From IMG/VR virus record IMGVR_UViG_3300045988_065931: a stretch of DNA of 62,470 bases. One strand, given 5' to 3'. The position numbers and the translations under genes are program-made. Positions 56,548 to 62,470 of this stretch are shown here, piece by piece. The notes beneath the pieces were generated by a model. The model saw only the letters and a list, made by a program, of their open reading frames with translations, did no database searches and was not told where the DNA came from. The stretch is from a virus. How positions within the stretch are numbered: the first letter of the stretch is position 1; each line of letters opens with the position of its first letter.

Positions 56548-56904
56548 ATGAAAACTTGGAAATTGGTATCTGGTATTTTGTCAATTATTTTATTCGTAGT
56601 GGTATCTTTTCAATCTTGCGCGGTTGGAATCGGAAACACGCTTGGGGAAACAGGGGAAGTTGGTGGAAGTGGAGGAATTGTTCTTTCAATCTTAATGCTT
56701 GCTGGAGGAATTGTTTCAATCGCTACTAGAAACGCAAAAGGAAAAGGCGGAAATATTGCTTTAGTTATTCTTTTCGGATTGGCTACATTTTTTGGATTCG
56801 TAATGGCAGGAAGTTATTCAGATTTAAAAATTTGGGCAAGTTGGTGTTTGATTAATGCTATTTTAGCAGTTGTTGCGATCGTAAAAAGTAAGAAAACAGA
56901 ATAA
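56548..56904 (+). CDS. Integral membrane protein (about 4 TM)
   Basis: Hydrophobic throughout. RBS aaaggaga. Confidence 0.6.
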   Translation: MKTWKLVSGILSIILFVVVSFQSCAVGIGNTLGETGEVGGSGGIVLSILMLAGGIVSIATRNAKGKGGNIALVILFGLATFFGFVMAGSYSDLKIWASWCLINAILAVVAIVKSKKTE

Positions 56905-56918
56905 TTTTTAATGTGTTG

Positions 56919-56952
56919 ATAGCGGTGGAGAAATCTACCGCTATTTTCTTTT
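56919..56952 (+). terminator. Rho-independent terminator TAGCGGT...ACCGCTA + T-rich tail
   Basis: Read directly. Confidence 0.65.
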
Positions 56953-56961
56953 AAAAAACTG

Positions 56962-57008
56962 TTGACTTTTGTAATACATAAATATATAATTAATTATGTA
57001 TTACAAAA
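56962..57008 (+). promoter_or_regulatory. Promoter TTGACT-17-TATAAT overlapped by a perfect 15-bp inverted repeat
   Basis: ttttgtaatacataa at 56967-81 and ttatgtattacaaaa at 56994-57008. Confidence 0.6.
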
Positions 57009-57023
57009 GAAAGGAGTGATAAG

Positions 57024-57209
57024 GTGTCACCTAGAACGGGTAGACCAACCGATAACCCTAAAGGAAAGCCTATAACAATTCGACTTGATAATGAAGCGAA
57101 AACAATTCTTGATTCATATTGTTTACAAGAGAATGTGGATAAAGGCGAAGCGGTTAGACGTGGTATAAAAAAATTAAAAGAAGATTTAAAAGAAGAGCAG
57201 TCAATCTAG
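57024..57209 (+). CDS. Ribbon-helix-helix (CopG-like) regulator
   Basis: GTG start after GGAG. KPITIRLDNEAKTILDSYC... Confidence 0.55.
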   Translation: MSPRTGRPTDNPKGKPITIRLDNEAKTILDSYCLQENVDKGEAVRRGIKKLKEDLKEEQSI

Positions 57210-57311
57210 TTTGGCGACCCGATGACTACTCCGTTGCACACACCAAAGGAGTGTACAAAATTATTGTATCTCTTTTTGGTGTAGTTGTCAAACATCGAAA
57301 GGAGATTTTTT

Positions 57312-57554
57312 ATGGACAAATTTTTAGAAATCACATTTGAAAACCAGATACTTGCAACAAAAGACGGAGATAAATTCGTAGAATATTTCGCTCCGTTTAT
57401 GGAAAAGCTGAAAGGAATTGTCAGCGCAGAACTGTATGAGGAGTTTGACGAACTGTTAAACGGTTGCGCCAATCAGAATAACATATTCTATGGCGTGCAG
57501 GGAATGAAGCTTGCTATGGGTGTTCTTGACGGAACATATCAGTTGACGGTTTAG
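57312..57554 (+). CDS. Hypothetical protein
   Basis: RBS aaaggagat. Confidence 0.45.
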   Translation: MDKFLEITFENQILATKDGDKFVEYFAPFMEKLKGIVSAELYEEFDELLNGCANQNNIFYGVQGMKLAMGVLDGTYQLTV

Positions 57555-57566
57555 GAGGTGTAGATC

Positions 57567-58484
57567 ATGAGTGATGTTATGACAGTTCGAAAGAGCTGGA
57601 ATAGGAAAGATATTACAGGACAAACATTTGGCTATTTAACTGCAATTGGATACGATCATTTTGATGGTAAGAGTAGTTATTGGAAATTTAGATGTAAATG
57701 TGGAAACACTGTTATACGTTCTTTAAAAAAATTAAGAGAAGCGAAAACTCCTAGTTGCGGCTGTTACGCAGAAGAAATAAAAGCAGAAGCGAAAAGGAGA
57801 CGTGATGAAAAAGAATCTAAAAGTAAATACTATCACGAAAATGCAAAATGCAATCGAAATCTTGAGGGAAACAAAATAGGAAAACTAAAAGTGATTAAGT
57901 TGCTTTCAGAAAAATCTGGAATAGACGCTGAATATTTGTGCAGATGCGATTGTGGAAACGCTGTAATAAAAAAGCAGAAATACTTGATAAACACTTCTAA
58001 TAATCACAGTTGTGGTTGTGGAAGAAAGAATGCTGCTTGCAGGGATAAATCAAGGAATAGATTGCTTGGTATATATAGAAATATGATTTATAGATGTTAT
58101 AACAAGAACAGTTCATCTTACAAATATTATGGAGAAAAAGGAATTACGGTTAATAAGATTTGGCTCGGAGACAATGGCTTTGAAAAATTTTATCAATGGG
58201 CAATACATAATGTATATAACGATGAATTGACGATTGATAGAATAAATCCAAACGGTAATTATACACCAGAGAATTGCAGGTGGGCTGACGCAGAAACCCA
58301 AGCTAATAACAAAACAAACAACATTCACGTTCAATACGAAGATGAAGTAATGACTTTATCAGAGTTTTGTAGAAAATTAGGATTAGATTACAAAATGTCA
58401 AGATTGATTATACAAAATGATTGCGTTTTTTCTGGAGAATATATCGAAAAAATATTGCAGAAAAAAACAAATCCCCCCCTATAG
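57567..58484 (+). CDS. HNH-type endonuclease with duplicated Cys-rich N-terminal modules
   Basis: LTIDRINPNGNYTPENCRWADAETQANNK. Two copies of ...C.CGN.VI...SCGC. Confidence 0.6.
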   Translation: MSDVMTVRKSWNRKDITGQTFGYLTAIGYDHFDGKSSYWKFRCKCGNTVIRSLKKLREAKTPSCGCYAEEIKAEAKRRRDEKESKSKYYHENAKCNRNLEGNKIGKLKVIKLLSEKSGIDAEYLCRCDCGNAVIKKQKYLINTSNNHSCGCGRKNAACRDKSRNRLLGIYRNMIYRCYNKNSSSYKYYGEKGITVNKIWLGDNGFEKFYQWAIHNVYNDELTIDRINPNGNYTPENCRWADAETQANNKTNNIHVQYEDEVMTLSEFCRKLGLDYKMSRLIIQNDCVFSGEYIEKILQKKTNPPL

Positions 58485-58804
58485 TTAAAATTGAAGTGAA
58501 AAATGAACTAAAAAATATCGAAAATTTTATTGCAAAAATTTTTAAAGCCCCCCCCTATATACTTTTATGGGTCGAAATTTCAGATAAAATCCGTTGAAAA
58601 TTTCACACCGATTTTGAACCGATTTTAAGGCTGGAAGTAGTGCGGAACTGCCAAAAAAAACGCGGACTTTTAGCGCATTTCTTCTGGTGATCTGTCGAAC
58701 TGACAGCGCACAACATAACTGTACACGCTCGTATTTTGACCGTATAGCGCATTTTGTTATAAAAGCATGAATTATAGTGTAAACGGTAAAGATGTCTCAT
58801 ATCG

Positions 58805-58987
58805 TCAAATATAGACTTTTTCATGGCATTTGTCAAGGTGCAGAAAAAGCCCGGAATAATTCCGGGCGCGTTTTAATAGCCAAATACAAGCCAGTATATA
58901 AACATAAAAAAAGATTGATCCAAACGATAAAGCGAACAGCTCAAGCCATTCAATAAATACTTTTATTTTTCTTTTCATTTCCATCAC
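58805..58987 (-). CDS. Questionable small hydrophobic ORF
   Basis: Minus-strand RBS agaggtg. TM segment LELFALSFGSIFFYVYILACIWLL. A terminator-like hairpin (58849-58867) lies inside its 3' end. Confidence 0.3.
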   Translation of the reverse strand: MMEMKRKIKVFIEWLELFALSFGSIFFYVYILACIWLLKRARNYSGLFLHLDKCHEKVYI

Positions 58988-59171
58988 CTCTTAAATTTTA
59001 ATAACTGGCAGTTATGCTGCCGCCGATCAGCTACAACCCGGAATCTGATACGCTCACGCCGGAAAGCGGATATTTTTAATAAATGGGATGTATCAACCCT
59101 TTCTCTGTCCTCTGCCTTTTCACGGAGTTGGAACCGCCCACGCTGGCATTACAGAGCCGGAACACGTCCGG

Positions 59172-59402
59172 CTATGCTTCTTCCATCCAGATGTTATATA
59201 TCTGCTCTGGGCTGTATTCTGTAAACCACGAAACAACCATTTCTAATTGTTCGCCCATTTCTTCCCAGATGATTTTTAAATCATTTCCGATTGTTTCACA
59301 GTCAAGGAATTTTCCGCTGATACCGTAATCAATTTCACTGTTCTTGTACCAACTATTTGTAATTTTCTCATTTAGATAATTTTTAATATTTTCAATTTTC
59401 AT
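59172..59402 (-). CDS. Hypothetical acidic protein
   Basis: ORF only. Confidence 0.45.
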   Translation of the reverse strand: MKIENIKNYLNEKITNSWYKNSEIDYGISGKFLDCETIGNDLKIIWEEMGEQLEMVVSWFTEYSPEQIYNIWMEEA

Positions 59403-59487
59403 GTTTTCCCTTTCTGGTCTGCCATCATCAGCACCGGGAGACCGTCCCGCGGTGGACGCTCCTAAGAGCGTTTCGGCTGTTTATAAA

Positions 59488-59790
59488 TTACAAAAAAACT
59501 TCATCTTCTCTATAGTATTCTTCCATGTCAACAGCTGCACTGAATCGGTCTGAAACGCTGAAAGAATAGCCAAAATCTTTATTATAATTTTTGCTTGCCT
59601 CTGTCGCTATGTAGTAGTATGCGTCAACGGCTTTTTCCTTGTCATATGCGCCTTTGATGGCTTTCTTTCTTAAGTTTTCGATTATCGGCGTTATCATTCT
59701 TCTGTATAAATCGTCGTCGCTCGTTGCGTATAAAAATAAATCTATGCTTTTAGAGGTTTCTTTGTAAATCATGGATTTTGTTCTTTTCAT
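59488..59790 (-). CDS. Hypothetical protein
   Basis: ORF only. Confidence 0.45.
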   Translation of the reverse strand: MKRTKSMIYKETSKSIDLFLYATSDDDLYRRMITPIIENLRKKAIKGAYDKEKAVDAYYYIATEASKNYNKDFGYSFSVSDRFSAAVDMEEYYREDEVFL

Positions 59791-59907
59791 TGTTTTTTAC
59801 CTTTCACCCTGTTATAATGGGTTTACCTTTCTTTTTTTTGATTGGTGCCGGTTGTGTGTCTTCCTAGGATTTCAACCGGCTTTTGTTTTATTTGTTGATA
59901 TCAATAT

Positions 59908-59925
59908 AACACTAAAAATAGTGTT
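59908..59925. promoter_or_regulatory. Operator palindrome AACACTA-AAAA-TAGTGTT, copy 1 (plus half-site at 59930-59936)
   Basis: Read directly in the divergent intergenic region. Confidence 0.6.
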
Positions 59926-60023
59926 TGTCAACACTAAAAAAGATGTTTTTATAGCAAATTATTTATTGCGTTTCTGATGTGAGTATTGTATAATTACATA
60001 AAACAAAAAAGGGAGTGATTTGA

Positions 60024-60251
60024 ATGTTTTCTTATAAGATAGATGTATTAAAGGCGTTGTCTGAACGCGGGTATACATCAACAAGAATGAGGAAAGAAAA
60101 GATAATGAGTGAAGCAACAATGCAGAACCTTAGAAAAGGTAAAGGAATTACAACTGACACAATAAACACTATTTGCATTATATTAAGATGTCAGCCATCG
60201 GATATATTGGAAATAGAGCCGACTGATGAGGAAAAAATAAGATTTTTTTAA
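60024..60251 (+). CDS. XRE/HTH_26-like regulator
   Basis: MSEATMQNLRKGKGITTDTINTICIILRCQPSDILE. Confidence 0.6.
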   Translation: MFSYKIDVLKALSERGYTSTRMRKEKIMSEATMQNLRKGKGITTDTINTICIILRCQPSDILEIEPTDEEKIRFF

Positions 60252-60297
60252 CACTAAAAATAGTGTTGACAAACACTAAAAACAATGTTATTATAAT
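60250..60297 (+). promoter_or_regulatory. Operator palindrome copy 2 overlapping promoter TTGACA-17-(TGt)TATTAT
   Basis: aacactaaaaatagtgtt at 60250-67. TTGACA at 60266-71. Confidence 0.6.
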
Positions 60298-60338
60298 ATT
60301 GTCGAAAGGCAATAACCCGAACGGGAGAAAGGAGAACC

Positions 60339-60485
60339 ATGAACGAGATGACCAAAGAAGAAATGCAGAGATTTTTAAATCGTGAAGCTGAAAAGGGCAG
60401 CACAGAGTACGAAGCACTTAAGGCACTAGCGGACATTCTTGGGATTGAATTTCCGGAATTGAAGCAAAAAGAAAAAGCAGAATAA
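60339..60485 (+). CDS. Small hypothetical protein (48 aa)
   Basis: Translated by hand. RBS aaaggagaacc. Confidence 0.4.
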   Translation: MNEMTKEEMQRFLNREAEKGSTEYEALKALADILGIEFPELKQKEKAE

Positions 60486-60553
60486 CCGGACAGCATAAGC
60501 AAAAAAGGGGCGGAGAGATTCGCCCCCAATATTTTTAGAAAGGAAGCGAGGAC

Positions 60554-60781
60554 TTGAAGAACAAAACAAAGAACAGTACAAGGGCGGCTGTGAGTCGATA
60601 CGATGAAAAATTTGAAAGAATGACAGTAAGGATGCCAAAAGGTACGATAGAATGCATAAAATCAGTCACAAATGAAAGCTATAACGCATATGTTAATAGA
60701 TTGATATTAGAAGACCTTGAAAAAGTGCAAAATACAAACATAAGAAAAGAAACATGTGGAGAGGGTGAAGAGAATGAATAA
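60554..60781 (+). CDS. RHH-like small protein (paralogous N-domain to the next gene)
   Basis: TTG start. NSTRAAVSRYDEKFERMTVRMPKGT. Confidence 0.45.
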   Translation: MKNKTKNSTRAAVSRYDEKFERMTVRMPKGTIECIKSVTNESYNAYVNRLILEDLEKVQNTNIRKETCGEGEENE

Positions 60782-61388
60782 AACTAGAACATCAACAAGA
60801 AACGCAATTAAAAAATATGATGAAAAATTTGACGTTTTAAAGATTAGGCTTCCGAAAAGCACAAGAGCCATGATTGCAGATACAGATTTGAGCGTTAACG
60901 CGTTCGCAAATGACGCAATCGAGCGACAGTTAAAAGCGTTAGAAATGTTTGACTTTGAAGATGATTTCCAGAACACAGCACCGCCGAAAGAAATTGACGG
61001 AAAGCCGGTTTATAATTTTGTGGACGAAAGAAAATACATAAAGCCGGGCAGATGGTGGCATGGTGTAGTTTTCTTCTGGGATGATCTGGAACTGAACGAT
61101 TTATTTATCCGGTTTATGGATGAAGAAGAGCCAGAAAACGATAATTATAAAGACGGCTGCCGTATTATCTTCGATATTGTCGATACTGCCAGATATGAGA
61201 TTGTAGACGCAAAATACACCGATGAAGAGTTTGCAAAAATGACCTATAAGCAGATACGGAAAATCCCCGAAAGAGATTTCGGAGGAAAGCAGGACAACAC
61301 CGATAAATTAAAGCGGAAGTTTCGGAAATATCTGTATAAAGGTGAGAAACAAACGTTATATGATTTCCTCGGAGTTGGTCAAGAATGA
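60774..61388 (+). CDS. RHH-like N-domain + unknown C-domain
   Basis: TSTRNAIKKYDEKFDVLKIRLPKST. Confidence 0.5.
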   Translation: MNKTRTSTRNAIKKYDEKFDVLKIRLPKSTRAMIADTDLSVNAFANDAIERQLKALEMFDFEDDFQNTAPPKEIDGKPVYNFVDERKYIKPGRWWHGVVFFWDDLELNDLFIRFMDEEEPENDNYKDGCRIIFDIVDTARYEIVDAKYTDEEFAKMTYKQIRKIPERDFGGKQDNTDKLKRKFRKYLYKGEKQTLYDFLGVGQE

Positions 61389-61675
61389 GCGTAAAATTCA
61401 CCTGTAACAGCTCTATTATGACTGATGAAAAACTGAGCAGATCGGCAAAATGGTTTTACGTTGTTATATCTTACCTGTACAGCAAATACGGGTTTAAAAC
61501 AGGCTATTTTTACCGCACAAATGAACAAATGCTAGAAGATGCCGGAATCAGTCCAATGACGCTAAAATCAGCGAAGAAAGAGCTTGTGGAAAACGGATAT
61601 ATAAAAGTCTGGCATCATAACACGAATGAAAATAATAAAAATATTCGAGTGTGTTTTTATTCAATTTTGAAGTAG
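61385..61675 (+). CDS. Winged-helix-like DNA-binding protein
   Basis: ATGA coupling. ...EQMLEDAGISPMTLKSAKKELVENGYI. Confidence 0.4.
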   Translation: MSVKFTCNSSIMTDEKLSRSAKWFYVVISYLYSKYGFKTGYFYRTNEQMLEDAGISPMTLKSAKKELVENGYIKVWHHNTNENNKNIRVCFYSILK

Positions 61676-61676
61676 G

Positions 61677-61701
61677 AAGGGGTGCGGAAGCATCCCTTTT
61701 A
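61677..61701 (+). terminator. Rho-independent terminator GGGGTGC-ggaa-GCATCCC + T4
   Basis: Read directly. Confidence 0.6.
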
Positions 61702-61906
61702 TAATGCCTAAAAACTACATAAAAATTTATAAGACCCTTATAACATATTTGAAATGTGGTCTTATATGCTCAAATATGCGGAAAAGCCTTGTTTTACAAG
61801 AGTTTGAATGACTTCTGTAAATTCCTAAAAATCATAGTTTTTATGCTATTTTTCAGCGAAAACCATGATTTTATATAAACATCTTATATATTTTCGCTTT
61901 TTGGAT

Positions 61907-61947
61907 GGTATAAAAATTATACCGCAGTTAGGTATAAAAATTATACC
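61907..61947. repeat. Two tandem perfect palindromes GGTATAA-AAA-TTATACC, 24 bp apart
   Basis: 61907-61923 and 61931-61947, read directly. Confidence 0.9.
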
Positions 61948-62098
61948 ACCTAAAAGTATTTGATAAAGTAATACAAGAAGAAAAAGAAATATTAAAGAAA
62001 AAGTGGAATCACTGACTGAATCATTTTCGAGGTATTTTGGGGATGATCTGACATCCGATCAACCAGACATTCGGGAATTGATATTTTTTAATCTATGC

Positions 62099-62127
62099 TT
62101 GACAATTATATTTTATCGGTGTATATT
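62099..62127 (+). promoter_or_regulatory. Putative late promoter TTGACA-17-TATATT
   Basis: Read directly, 150 nt upstream of terS. Confidence 0.5.
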
Positions 62128-62214
62128 ATGGGCATACAAACAAACGGTTTTTAATTTATAAAATTAAATACAATTAAATCCGCCCAAATCCCGGCGGTGT
62201 GAGAATGGATTCGG

Positions 62215-62249
62215 GAGATCCGCAACTATATGTTGTGGGTCTCTTTTTT
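62215..62249 (+). terminator. Terminator-like hairpin GAGATCC...GGGTCTC + T6 in the terS leader
   Basis: Lies between the late promoter and the terS RBS. Confidence 0.45.
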
Positions 62250-62276
62250 ATTATTAAGTGTTAGGAGGTGCGGAAA

Positions 62277-62470
62277 ATGGAGAGAGTACAGGATGCAGAG
62301 CAGACAGTCGAAGTATTTGAGAATGAAATACAAATGTATTTGTCTATGTTCTGCGAATCCAACGCGATAGAAAGTGAGTATGATATATTGCCGAGCCAAT
62401 GGAACGCAGCGCTGAGCTATATTTATAAACACGTTATAAAACCAAATCCCGATATATTAACTATACCTCA
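62277..62470 (+). CDS. terS: Putative terminase small subunit, 5' part (continues across the circular junction)
   Basis: RBS taggaggtgcggaaaATG. The frame stays open to the window end and is in phase with ORF 127-561 once the 77-bp overlap is collapsed. Confidence 0.55.
   Translation, partial: MERVQDAEQTVEVFENEIQMYLSMFCESNAIESEYDILPSQWNAALSYIYKHVIKPNPDILTIP
62394..62470. repeat. Terminal overlap copy 2 (identical to 1-77)
   Basis: Same 77-nt string as the window start. Confidence 0.95.

Noticed and set aside
59083-59328. 81-aa + strand ORF
   Set aside because: It is antisense to the better-supported minus-strand gene 59172-59402, has no RBS and a biased composition.

Overview
The window is a complete, circularly closed temperate siphovirus-type phage or prophage genome. 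Bases 1-77 are identical to 62394-62470, giving a unit length of about 62,393 bp. The host looks like a low-GC Gram-positive, probably Clostridia-like, judging from AGGAGG-type RBSs almost everywhere and a GH25 + Cpl-7 + LysM endolysin. Gene order: terS (its ORF crosses the contig junction); small Zn-ribbon genes; a ~0.8 kb structured non-coding region abutting tRNA-Gln(UUG); terL, portal, scaffold, gpD-like decoration protein, gpE-like capsid and connector; a lysis cassette embedded inside the morphogenesis module; tail genes (G/GT frameshift chaperone, 1317-aa tape measure with an SLT domain, baseplate and fibre genes, plus an inverted start-less alternative fibre-tip cassette); a divergent lysogeny switch; an early recombination module (SbcC-like ATPase, RecT-like protein, MazG, a split multispecific C5-methyltransferase carrying a (GACA)8 tract, an MBL hydrolase with an in-frame TAA, SSB, GIY-YIG); a full diversity-generating retroelement (two targets, Avd, TR, RT); replication organiser and PAPS-reductase-like gene; Xis, tyrosine integrase and attP; and about 9.5 kb of accessory cargo. 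The cargo includes a six-gene operon of low-complexity, Cys-rich proteins, a lipoprotein, RHH/HTH regulators and an HNH protein. The candidates I rate highest are the DGR, the tetranucleotide-repeat switch in the methyltransferase, the fibre-tip inversion cassette, the large ncRNA candidate next to the tRNA, and the uncharacterised cargo operon. All functional calls come from reading motifs, repeats and ORF context by eye. No database or covariance-model search was run.
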